From Polyangiaceae bacterium (GTDB lineage Bacteria; Myxococcota_A; Polyangia; Polyangiales; Polyangiaceae), in assembly GCA_033763455.1 (NCBI GenBank), contig JANRKO010000092.1, positions 32,001-96,000 of the forward strand: a stretch of DNA of 64,000 bases, given 5' to 3'. A model generated the notes under the pieces. It was not told the origin of the DNA, ran no database searches, and worked only from the letters and a program-made list of their open reading frames with translations. Below are positions 29,324 to 38,801 of this stretch, in pieces. Position 1 is the first letter of the stretch. Every line of letters starts with the position of its first letter. The position numbers were made by a program, and so were the translations under genes.

Positions 29324-32300
29324 CTATCGAATAATGTCAAACCCAGCGTCCGATGAGAACGTGACGCTCGCTCCTGTGTAAACCGTTGCACGTATGCTCT
29401 CTATGTTGGAAGCCTGTCCAGTAGTGAAAGAGAAGCTCAGCAGCGAGCATGTTTCCCCGAAAGATAGGCAATCCCCGTTGGGAAGACAGGCGGCTCCGTT
29501 ACTGGAAAAAAGGCCGTTCACCTCCTGATCGTAAATGCGGGATGCCGACCCACCAACGAAGGTGAGGTCCACTACAACCCGGGCCTGCAAGGCCTCGCAT
29601 GGAGCTTGACCGCTTGCCCCAGCATCAATTCTGAACGGGAAGGACGTAATGTTACAGCTTGCGGCGGCGGGCGCACTGCTTGCCACCTGAACGAAGTCTG
29701 CGATGTGCACTTGGTCGCAGGCCGCGGACCCACCACCGACGACGGTCGCGCTGTCGTCAAACCTGCATGCGTTGGGCGAAAGATCCACAACGGCGTCAAC
29801 GCCGCATCCTATGCAGGCGGTTCGACCTGGGTTCGGTGTCTGACCAGGTGGGCATGGCGCGCACACCCCAGCGAAACGCACGTCGTCAGGATCAGCGCAC
29901 ACGCAAGAACGTCCATCCGGGCTGGCGATCTCCCTTGACCCGCAAGGCATGCACGCTCCTCCCTGCAGAATCTCCGTAGGGCTGCATGCGACGCACGTGT
30001 CCGAAAGCCGATTCAAAGGTGCTGGTGGAGCCCCCACCCAATTGACGAGTGGCGCTCTGGTGCATGCGTCCATTTGCTCACGCATTGTGGAGCCACTGTT
30101 GGGCACGTGCAACGCAAACATTTGGCAAATATCGCACCAGCTCGAGCCGCGAATGACGCTCGCTAGCGAAGAGAACAGCTCGTCCTTCACGAGAGTGGGC
30201 GTGAAATCGCTCGCCCACTTGGTAATCCAGGTCCGAATTCCGCTGGCAGGCATGATGATCCGCTCATCTTGGGCATCGCCGTAGTCTGTTGGAGTGTATT
30301 CCAGGAGCTCGGGGACGACCGACTGATTGAGGTTCCAGGCATCAGCATTGGTTGGCCGATCTGTGCCTCTCCAGAGCGTTCCGTCGAAAGCATCGTGAAA
30401 CAGCGTCGTTGCTTGAGCGATTTCGTACCGCGAAGGAAAATTTCCCGTGATACCGCTCCCGTCGCCCTCAACACCGGTGCCATTGGCATCGAGGCAGATC
30501 GGCGCGTTTGCAAAATTTCTGCAGTAGCTCATGTTCTGCGATTGCTCCACGCCCGGCGGAGCAAAATAATTCACCCCGCTCACCACCTGGCTCGCGATAA
30601 AGTCAGCGAACGCCTCGTTCAAAATGGCCGCTTCGTCTGCGAGGTCGACGCTCTGGCCCTCAAATATCCGCTTCGCTGTGAACGCCGACATGGACGTCGG
30701 GCTCTCGTCGTAAAGCATACTGCACAGTAGAAAATGGCCGTATTCATGGACCATAACGCCACGATTATCTCTGCTGAGCTTAATGTTCGGCATAACGATA
30801 TCAACCTGATTGAGCGTACTCAGCACCTCTCCGCTAACGGCTGCAACGGGGCCAAGCACCAGCGAGGCCGCGCTCAAGACTCCGCTGACGCCGGTGTTGA
30901 TGACCTCTTGATTGATATTGGGAAAGCTGAAGCAGGGGGCATAAATAGTCTTGCCTCCGCCCAGCAAAGTCCCCAGCCAACCATGGGCGATTTCAGCATG
31001 CGCGGGATGGTACCCCATCATTTCGCGCGCGTATTGGGCAGCGTCGCTCACCTGCGCCATCGTGTGGATTTCATAGTTCTTGGCGTGAATGTTCAGGTTG
31101 ATATCACGGTTGAACGCGAACCCATTCGGCCCCAAGAACTGGCGGAAGTCACAGATATCGGTAGGGAGGAGCGCGGTGGTAAGGCTGACCGCACTGTTCT
31201 CCATGGCCATGCAAACTCCACCGTTTCGTGCCGAACCCTCTTTCGCCACCTTAATTCCTACAGTACCGCCATAGCCCAAGGTCGCGTGAAACTGCGTGGG
31301 GAGCAGGAAGGAGCTCCATTGAAGCACTTCAACGCGTATGCCGCCCAGCCGAAGCTCGGAACCAGCATTCGGCCCCCAAGCCCGGGTCATCACACGATCA
31401 CCGCCAAAGGCAGCGTCCCGATTGAGCACGTGCAAATCTACCCAAACCGTTGATTCCCCAGAGATAAAAGCGTCGATTTCACCCAGGCCATCCGTCACTG
31501 TCCTCACTACTCCCTTCGCCGTCTGAGCAATCGCCTTGGCCACCCGTCGCTTCAGGCGGTTCCAAAAAGGCTGTTGAACAGGGTCTTCTGGGAGAACCCG
31601 TAGCTCCCGATAGTGATACGCGACGCTCTTGAGGGCCTGCCACGAAAGCGAACCATCGTCATTTGCCATCTCTTCGGGGGCATCGCGCAACACGATTGCC
31701 TCAAACAGCGTTTGGTCACCTTCAACCGGGTCTGGGTTAAGTGCAGCTTCACGAATTAAGTTGTAGGTTAACGCTGGCAAGATCGCGAACACGAAGGAGC
31801 CGCGACCATCACCATCGTACTGGATGGCACCGCAGCGCCCGAGATAAGGTGCCAGCTCAGGCACGAAGAAAGGCTTACGGCTGTGGTGGATCAAGAGTTC
31901 ATCCAGACCGGCCAGTTCCTCCTTGTCTCGCACGTAGATAACGGCGTAACGCAGGGCTGGGTTGCCATCCGGGCCCACCTCTGGAAGAGCTTCAGTTCGC
32001 TGCCAGGAAAACGCGCGGCGCATTCGGACGCTCTCTTCAGGAGTGATCGGTGGGTCCAGCGGTGCACTGCAAGCGTTTGCCCCAAGGTGCAGCTCGACTG
32101 CGGTGCGGCCCTGCTTTTCATCGCCGCCCTTGAGCTCCAATGAAAATGAGCGCGAAACGGCGTTGTCTCCTGCTTCATATCCTCGGGTGCAAGAGGCGAA
32201 GTTGTAGTAGCGCCCCTTCGCGAGCTCGAGCTCATCATCCAGGCGACAAGCCCGTGCTCCGCCTCGATAGGTGCAGCGGACCCGATCTCCTTCTTCGTCT

Positions 32301-33085
32301 TTGAACGTGAGCACCGCGATCTGATTGCCAGCGTTGCCTTGCTGCACGCGCAGTTTCGACGGGATCTCAAATTCTATGGCCTGCGTGAGCTCTACCTTGC
32401 CGACCTCTGAGCGAATGGGGCTGTAGCCGCGACTTGCCTCAAGCAAGACGGGTGCGTCAGCCCAGCTCACGTCAACGCTGTCCGGGACTGGCGGCGTGCA
32501 CTTGGTACTTTGTGGCCCGGCAGTGATGGATTTTCCGGCTAGCGTCCATGTGACACTTCCGGCAAAGGGGACGCGGAACACGTTGTCGTGAACCCCCGGC
32601 ACGAACTCTTTCGGCTGACCACGATCCACAGGCGACGGAGAGAACCTGTTGCGCGATCCAACCGCAATGGTCAACGATCGATCGCAAGAGTCCGCGTTCT
32701 CCGTTTCATCGTCGTCACCTTCATCGTCGTCACCTTCATCGTCGCCACCTTCATCGTCGTTCCTTCTTCTATCGCTATGGGCGCCCACATCCTCTTGTGA
32801 CCTGGCGCTCTTGCGAACATCCTCAGAGCTGCGCGAATCGTTCTCGTGTGGGCCGGGAAGCGTGTATTCGTAGCCAAAATGCGCGACGAGTTGACCGCTC
32901 TCTTCCGAAACGCAAGACAACCGCGGAGTTGGAGCTCCGCAACGCTCAGCGCTTGCCTGAAGTGCGGATCGCTGTGTTCCGATCACCTCTCCCGGACGTT
33001 CACCTGCACTGCACCCGAGGACCAGGGCTGCCATGCACCCTGAAACACCAACGAACCACCCTGCCCCGCACATCTTCTTTATCAT
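29324..33085 (-). CDS. Large (1253 aa) multidomain lipoprotein with gluzincin-type zinc motif
   Basis: Lipobox VLGC; HEYGH followed about 40 aa later by NEAFADF; Cys-rich C-terminal modules. Confidence 0.85.
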   Translation of the reverse strand: MIKKMCGAGWFVGVSGCMAALVLGCSAGERPGEVIGTQRSALQASAERCGAPTPRLSCVSEESGQLVAHFGYEYTLPGPHENDSRSSEDVRKSARSQEDVGAHSDRRRNDDEGGDDEGDDDEGDDDETENADSCDRSLTIAVGSRNRFSPSPVDRGQPKEFVPGVHDNVFRVPFAGSVTWTLAGKSITAGPQSTKCTPPVPDSVDVSWADAPVLLEASRGYSPIRSEVGKVELTQAIEFEIPSKLRVQQGNAGNQIAVLTFKDEEGDRVRCTYRGGARACRLDDELELAKGRYYNFASCTRGYEAGDNAVSRSFSLELKGGDEKQGRTAVELHLGANACSAPLDPPITPEESVRMRRAFSWQRTEALPEVGPDGNPALRYAVIYVRDKEELAGLDELLIHHSRKPFFVPELAPYLGRCGAIQYDGDGRGSFVFAILPALTYNLIREAALNPDPVEGDQTLFEAIVLRDAPEEMANDDGSLSWQALKSVAYHYRELRVLPEDPVQQPFWNRLKRRVAKAIAQTAKGVVRTVTDGLGEIDAFISGESTVWVDLHVLNRDAAFGGDRVMTRAWGPNAGSELRLGGIRVEVLQWSSFLLPTQFHATLGYGGTVGIKVAKEGSARNGGVCMAMENSAVSLTTALLPTDICDFRQFLGPNGFAFNRDINLNIHAKNYEIHTMAQVSDAAQYAREMMGYHPAHAEIAHGWLGTLLGGGKTIYAPCFSFPNINQEVINTGVSGVLSAASLVLGPVAAVSGEVLSTLNQVDIVMPNIKLSRDNRGVMVHEYGHFLLCSMLYDESPTSMSAFTAKRIFEGQSVDLADEAAILNEAFADFIASQVVSGVNYFAPPGVEQSQNMSYCRNFANAPICLDANGTGVEGDGSGITGNFPSRYEIAQATTLFHDAFDGTLWRGTDRPTNADAWNLNQSVVPELLEYTPTDYGDAQDERIIMPASGIRTWITKWASDFTPTLVKDELFSSLASVIRGSSWCDICQMFALHVPNSGSTMREQMDACTRAPLVNWVGAPPAPLNRLSDTCVACSPTEILQGGACMPCGSREIASPDGRSCVCADPDDVRFAGVCAPCPPGQTPNPGRTACIGCGVDAVVDLSPNACRFDDSATVVGGGSAACDQVHIADFVQVASSAPAAASCNITSFPFRIDAGASGQAPCEALQARVVVDLTFVGGSASRIYDQEVNGLFSSNGAACLPNGDCLSFGETCSLLSFSFTTGQASNIESIRATVYTGASVTFSSDAGFDIIR
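32706..32760. repeat. In-frame 15-bp tandem repeat encoding an acidic DDEG(D/G) tract
   Basis: TCATCGTCGTCACCT about 3.7 copies, one mismatch. Confidence 0.9.
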
Positions 33086-33522
33086 CGCACGCCGCCCTTA
33101 GTGTCGCCTAGGACTGAATGTCCTAGGTACAAGGTTGTCTGTACGCTCCCCCCCCCACCCTATGTCAAGAACAATCGCTGAGGCACTCAAGATGACACTC
33201 GATTGTTGCGCAAGAGACAAAAAAGAAAGTCATGCGCCACGACAAGCTCACGTCACGCGGCGGGCGGGAAAGTCGAATTGGACGATACACTAGATCTCAC
33301 GCCAAGATTTCAGCCGATAATCTGAATGTGCGAAGCGCCCAATATGTGCGGGGCGTATCGGCACCGGACCTCGCCACAACGCCGCGTCGCTGGGTCGCGG
33401 CGTCGCCGTATCACTGTAGAAGGATAGTGAGGCTGCATTCGAATTGCAGTCGGACCTAGCCTCTGGGCTTTCCCGCTTTTGACTAATCTCTCAGATCTGG
33501 TACAACTCTGTTCCATCCCCCA

Positions 33523-35041
33523 TTGCTTTGCCTCTCTTTCAGGCGAAGAACGAGGAACAGATCTATCAGAAATTACCTGTTTTGTGCGCCGCTGCTCCTG
33601 GTTACTGGGCTCTTGGGCTGTGCGGGAAAAAGTTCGAGCGACTCGGGTGTTTTCGCCGGGAACACGCAGGGAATGGGTAATTCGGGCTCCGGGGTTGCAA
33701 CGGGTGGGAACGGATCTGGAACGGGCCCCATGCTGCGCCTCGACGACGGCTTGATCGGTGGCGGTGGCGTTGGCTCCACGGTGGGCGGAGGGGCGTGCCA
33801 GGGGCTCGCGTGTCAGCAAAAGGCGTGCGCTGGTTTCACCACCACGAGTGTCTCCGGCAGGGTTTTCGATCCATCCGGCCAACTACCGCTCTACAACGTG
33901 ATGGTTTACGTGCCCAACGCACCGCTTGCGCCGCTCACGCCGGGAGCCACGTGCACGTGTGAAGTGAGCGGGGAGCCGATTGCTTCTGCACTTACCGATA
34001 CCGATGGGCGCTTTACGATGTCGAACGTGCCCGTAGGTACGGACATTCCTTTGGTGGTTCAAATCGGCAAATGGCGTCGCAAGTTCACGCTGCCTTCGGT
34101 GGCAGAGTGCACGAACACGGCCATTCCTGAGTCCATGCTGCGCTTGCCCGCGCGCCAATCCGAAGGAGATATGCCCAAGATTGCGCTTACCACGGGGGGA
34201 GCGGATGCGCTTGAGTGCTTGATCCCGAAGCTTGGAATAGATCCGGCCGAATTTACCAATCCCGACGGCACGGGGCGCATCAATTACTTCACGGGTCATG
34301 GTGGCACCGATCAGTACGCCCAGAATCGGAACGCCGGCGCGAGCTTTCCGCCGGCCTCCCAGCTATGGAACAGCGTTGATACTTTGCGGAAGTACGACGT
34401 TGCTTTGTTGTCCTGTGAGGGTGGCACGCATGCGGACGAAAAGGGGCCGGCGGCTTTCCAAGCCATGCACGATTACGCCAATCTTGGGGGGCGAGTATTT
34501 GCCTCGCACTGGCACGAGGTGTGGTTCACTGACGGGCCCGCGCCTTTCCCGAACGTTGCGACATTCGTGAGGGAGAAAGACATTGGCAACCTCACCGCAG
34601 ACGTTACTACGTCGTTCCCCAAAGGGCAGGCACTTGCCGACTGGCTTGTGAACGTGAATGCCTCCACCACGGCCGGCCGGATCGACATCACGGCCGCCCA
34701 ACATACCGTGGTGACAGAGAATCCAATGTACGCGCAGCGCTGGATTTTCCAGCACTAATCCCCGGTCTGTTCAGTACCTTTCTGCCAACACGCCCTTGGG
34801 CGCGGCCCCAACAGCGCAGTGCGGGCGCGTGGTGCTGAGTGATATTCACGTTTCGGGCAGCACGGACACCGCCAATCCCAACGTGGACAATTCGGGAGAA
34901 AACATCCAGTTTCCTGAGGGCTGTGTCACCACGGGGCTAAGCCCTCAGGAGAAGGTGCTGGCATTCATGCTGTTCGATATCACGGCGTGCGTGATTCCAG
35001 ACACCGCCAAACCCGTGCCGCCTACGGTCATTATTCGCTGA
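33523..35041 (+). pseudogene. Myxobacterial lipoprotein with carboxypeptidase-regulatory-like domain, interrupted by a +1 frameshift near 34745-34750
   Basis: Motifs SGRVFDPSGQLPLYNVMVYVPN, LVVQIGKWRR, DALECL and GGRVFASHWH. Removing one base from ATTTTCC continues the frame as STNPRSVQYLSANTP...QCGRVVLSDIHV...LSPQEKVLAFMLFDITAC. Confidence 0.85.
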
Positions 35042-36596
35042 ACGGGCGGGATATCACGCAAGCGTTGATCCCACCGACGCCCATTGAGAGTTTGCCCACG
35101 GCACTGTGCACGACAGGGCAAGGTTCGTTGAAGACGAACTCTTGACCGAGTGCACGAATGGATTGGTGCACTTCGCTCGCCGTGAGCGTTGTGGGAAAGA
35201 GCTTGCCGCGAGCACAGCCAAGGTACTGCGCCGTGAGCTCCCAGCCGCCGCCCACGCCCATGCCGTGGCCAAAGGTGCCTTTGCGGGCTGTAACGAGCAC
35301 ATTGCGCGGCAATACCGTCTGTAGATTCTCCACTTCCATGAAGTCGCCCGGGGTTGCCGTGGCGTGAAGATCCCAGGTAGCAATTTGGTCGGCTGTCACG
35401 TGAGCACGGGAAAGTGCGTCACGCATGGCCACCTGCGGGCCTTCTTTGCTCGGCGTAATCAGGTGGTCGGCGTCCGCCGAAATGCCCACGCTGAGGGGCT
35501 CCAAGCCGAGGGGTTTCCAGCCCATCTTGAGGCCATATTCGAGGTCACCCACGATCCAAAGGGCGGCTCCTCCTGCTACGTGTGTGCCGCGCATCCCCGA
35601 GAGCGGCTTCGACACGGTGCCGTCTGCCGCCAGCACGCGCGCGTTGTAGAAAGCGCCCACAACGAGTGGGGTAGGTGGAGCATCACAGGTACCCACCACT
35701 ACCAGCTTGGCCTCCTCGCGCTGTATGGCATCCACAGCGAGCTTCAGCCCTACGCCAAACGTAGAACAGGAAGCCATCGGTCCGAAGGTGAGCCCTTTGA
35801 TCCCGCCCATCATTGAAATCTGCGAGGCCGGGGTGTTGGAGATATTCCAAAGTACATTGGGCGAAACATCGCCCCAGGGTGGCGGAGGGGTGCCCCACTT
35901 TTGCTCCAGCTGGCTGATGCGCCGGCGTTTTTCACGTATAGCGGTGAGCTTGCCGCTCTCCACATCACCTTCCAAAATGACCGACTCTGCCTCCCGCAAC
36001 TCCGCCAAATAAGCTTTTAAGCCGTCAGAGCGCTGCACCCAATATGCAAACCACGCGTCTTCGAGCTCCTCTCGCTGATCAATGGATGTGGCTTCGGCAG
36101 GGTTCGTAAGACCAGCTGGCGGCTCGGAGCCACCTTTGGCGTACGTTGCAAAAGCTGTGTTTCGAGCAGGGTCGGACCAGAACCGATTCCAGCGGCGTTG
36201 CGATCGGTAATAGGTGATGGAGGTGCTGTAAAACGTCGGGAAGGCGCCGATAGCTGTGGCTGCGTAGACGTGCGCAGCCGTGCCCAGATCTTTTAGGGCC
36301 TGCTCGATGCCGGGGTTCTGGCCGAGTGCTTGAATGAACGCTCCCACGCCGTAAAGCGTGGTAATGTCCATTTTGTCCGTTAGCTGCTTGAAGCGACTCG
36401 GCGGGAAGCGTTGCTCGATCCAGGGCTGATAGCGGGCAAAATCGAACTTCGGCTGCCCTACCAGAAAATTGTCAGGCCCGAAACCGTTGAAAGGCGAGAG
36501 AAAGCTCTCGGCTCGGTCGAGATTGGTCGCAAATTCGTCGACGGTTTCGCACTCGGGGGCCACTATCCCCCAACCAAAAACTGCTACTCGGCGCAT
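35031..36596 (-). CDS. Free-standing beta-ketoacyl synthase (FabF/FabB-like) with a large insertion
   Basis: N-terminus RRVAVFGWGIVAP; Cys-His-His triad in ASCSTFG, LHATAT and KGTFGH; DADHLITPS; terminal GVGGINAC. Confidence 0.9.
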   Translation of the reverse strand: MRRVAVFGWGIVAPECETVDEFATNLDRAESFLSPFNGFGPDNFLVGQPKFDFARYQPWIEQRFPPSRFKQLTDKMDITTLYGVGAFIQALGQNPGIEQALKDLGTAAHVYAATAIGAFPTFYSTSITYYRSQRRWNRFWSDPARNTAFATYAKGGSEPPAGLTNPAEATSIDQREELEDAWFAYWVQRSDGLKAYLAELREAESVILEGDVESGKLTAIREKRRRISQLEQKWGTPPPPWGDVSPNVLWNISNTPASQISMMGGIKGLTFGPMASCSTFGVGLKLAVDAIQREEAKLVVVGTCDAPPTPLVVGAFYNARVLAADGTVSKPLSGMRGTHVAGGAALWIVGDLEYGLKMGWKPLGLEPLSVGISADADHLITPSKEGPQVAMRDALSRAHVTADQIATWDLHATATPGDFMEVENLQTVLPRNVLVTARKGTFGHGMGVGGGWELTAQYLGCARGKLFPTTLTASEVHQSIRALGQEFVFNEPCPVVHSAVGKLSMGVGGINACVISRPFSE

Positions 36597-36805
36597 AGTT
36601 CGCGCGAACTCTCCTTTTGGCTTAAGCGGAAGTCAACCGCTAGTGGCGCCGAGCTTTGACGCGGCCCGAGAGGGCACACCTTCGGGCCAAATATGAGCGT
36701 TTTCTGCTGCCCGCATCGCAAAACTTCTCGAAAGCTCCACAGAAGGCTGGATTTGTTTTCGACTAGACCCTAGCTCCTCAGCAACGAGCTAGAGGATTTG
36801 AGTCA

Positions 36806-38281
36806 ATGGTCATGAAAGAACAACATCCTGGAATCAGTGCTATCAGCGTCTATGTCCCGCGCTTCCGCGTGGATCTAGCCGAATGGTGCGGTTGGACGGG
36901 GAACGCTTGGGATAAGATCCAAAATGTAGTGGGGCGCAGCTTCCGTGTGTGCGGCACGCACGAAAATGTTTACACCATGGCGGCCAACGCCGTGCTCAGG
37001 TTGATTCTGAACAACGACATTGATCCCAGGAGCATTGGCTTTCTGGGGCTTGGCACCGAATCAAGTACAGATAATGCGGCAGGCGCCGTGATCGTACGCG
37101 GAATGGTCGATCGCGCGCTCGATCGACTTGGGTTGCCGCGCCTCTGCCGCCAGCTTGAGGTTCCCGAGTTCAAACACGCGTGCCTGGGCGGAATTTATGC
37201 ACTCAAGAATGCAGTGCGTTATGTGGCGTTCGATGCTGAGGACAAGAAAGCCATCGTCGTGTGCAGCGATGTGGCGGAGTACGAACGCGGAAGTTCTGGC
37301 GAGCAGACCCAGGGAGCTGGTGCTGTAGCGTTGCTTGTGGAAAAGCACCCCAAGCTTCTCGAAATCGATTTGCAGCACGCCGGGAGTGCCTCCGACTATC
37401 GAGGTCCGGATTTCCGCAAACCCTTCGCCCGGCACTTTACCGAAGGCTATGCAGAACGCACCAAGCGCATCAGTGACTTTCCGGTTTTTAGTGGGAAATA
37501 TTCCACATTTTCTTACCTCGACGAAACGGTGCATGCTGTCGAACACATGCTGGAACGGCTCAATGTTTCGGCGGGCCAATATTACCGTTCGGTCCGGGCC
37601 CTCTTCTTTCATCGCCCCTACAATCACATGCCGATTCAGGCGATGTCTTTCCTGTATGTTCGCGGGTTAGCCCGAGGCGATCATCACCAAGACGAGCTCA
37701 GGGAGCTGTGTGCTGAGGCGAAGGTTAGCTTCGAGCAAGTGATGGAGGAAACTCGCTCGCTTCCGGATTTATTTGCGCGGGTGTTGGATGGACAAAGCGC
37801 TGAAGATCCGTATGCGGCGACGAGTGCGGTGAGTGCCGTGGTGCGCAAGCGTGCGTCTTTTCGCGAACTCCTGCAGCAGAAAATGGGCCTGGGTGCCGAG
37901 CGCGTGAAAGATCTCGGTAATCTTTACAGCGCAGCCCTCTTGGCCTGGGTTGCGGCGGGTTTCGAAGATGCAGCTGAACAGAAGCTTGACCTGGCCCTCA
38001 TGCCGATGGTCATGGTGGGCTACGGCAGCGGAGACGCGGCCGAATCGATTCCGATGCGCCCCGTAGAAGGCTGGGAACACGTTGCCTCACGTATCGGTTT
38101 TGCGGCGGCCCTTCTGGGTGCTCAAGATCTGAATAAAGCTCAATATGAGGCCCTTCACGACGGCCACGAGGCAGGCCTCATGTACGAACCCAAAGGTGAG
38201 TTTCGGATCACACGTGTCGGCAACACCTACGAACCCGCCTTTCAAGATCTAGGAGTCGAGTACTACGAGTACGTTCTCTAG
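36806..38281 (+). CDS. Hydroxymethylglutaryl-CoA synthase family protein
   Basis: Motifs GISAISVYVP, GTESSTD (Glu), KHACLGG (Cys), GEQTQGAGAVA, DFRKP, FHRPY (His), GNLYSA and YGSG. Confidence 0.93.
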   Translation: MVMKEQHPGISAISVYVPRFRVDLAEWCGWTGNAWDKIQNVVGRSFRVCGTHENVYTMAANAVLRLILNNDIDPRSIGFLGLGTESSTDNAAGAVIVRGMVDRALDRLGLPRLCRQLEVPEFKHACLGGIYALKNAVRYVAFDAEDKKAIVVCSDVAEYERGSSGEQTQGAGAVALLVEKHPKLLEIDLQHAGSASDYRGPDFRKPFARHFTEGYAERTKRISDFPVFSGKYSTFSYLDETVHAVEHMLERLNVSAGQYYRSVRALFFHRPYNHMPIQAMSFLYVRGLARGDHHQDELRELCAEAKVSFEQVMEETRSLPDLFARVLDGQSAEDPYAATSAVSAVVRKRASFRELLQQKMGLGAERVKDLGNLYSAALLAWVAAGFEDAAEQKLDLALMPMVMVGYGSGDAAESIPMRPVEGWEHVASRIGFAAALLGAQDLNKAQYEALHDGHEAGLMYEPKGEFRITRVGNTYEPAFQDLGVEYYEYVL

Positions 38282-38465
38282 GCGGCGTAAATGTGCACAC
38301 GCTACGCACGACTGAGGTGACGGCCACGACAAGGCGCACCGTGCCCTCGCGCGAGCAGGCGGGAGGGGTATTACCGAGCGGTGGAGATACTTGTTATGCT
38401 AAGAATTCAGGTGGCCGGTGAATGGAGACGGTCGTGCAGAAGTGTAGTGCGCTTGCGCCGCGCGT

Positions 38466-38493
38466 TGTGCGCTGTGCGCTGTGCGCTGTGCGC
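38466..38493. repeat. 7-bp tandem repeat (TGTGCGC)x4, intergenic
   Basis: Four exact copies. Confidence 0.9.
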
Positions 38494-38549
38494 TGCTCGA
38501 TTGGCGTTGGTTGGGAGGGCCCGGGGCGGTGGTATTGTCATGCTAAGAA

Positions 38550-38609
38550 TAGAGGTCGTCGGATAGAGGTCGTCGGATAGAGGTTGTCGGGTGGAGGTTG
38601 TCGGGTGGA
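38550..38609. repeat. 14-bp tandem repeat x4, intergenic
   Basis: TAGAGGTCGTCGGA x2, then TAGAGGTTGTCGGG and TGGAGGTTGTCGGG (progressive drift). Confidence 0.9.
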
Positions 38610-38801
38610 AGGGCCGTGGCCGCGCCCAGCGGCTGGAGTACTGTTGGCTGGGCGGTTTTGGTTCGAGCCGCTTCGGGTAGTTTTTGGCTGGGGCGATGTG
38701 GGTTTTTCGGTTGGCGGCCGGCGCTCTGGTCAGGTTGGGGGGTTTTTGGTAGACCCCGCCCCTCGGCAACCAGGCGCCGGGCTTACGATTCAAGAGGTTG
38801 C

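Noticed and set aside
35031..38281. Classical polyketide beta-branching cassette
   Set aside because: The KS retains its active-site Cys, the genes are divergent, and no ACP, ECH or PKS gene is present in the window.
38377..38404. TTATGCTAAGA resembles the XerD arm of a dif site
   Set aside because: The position of the XerC arm (AGCGGTGGAGA) has no ...ATAA-like match, so the 11-6-11 structure is not satisfied.
38550..38609. Repeats as a possible mini-CRISPR
   Set aside because: The units are contiguous 14-mers without spacers, and there are no cas genes.
38598..38801. N-terminal extension of YebC in the ORF track
   Set aside because: The family-typical start MSGHSKW is at 38802, with GAGG upstream.
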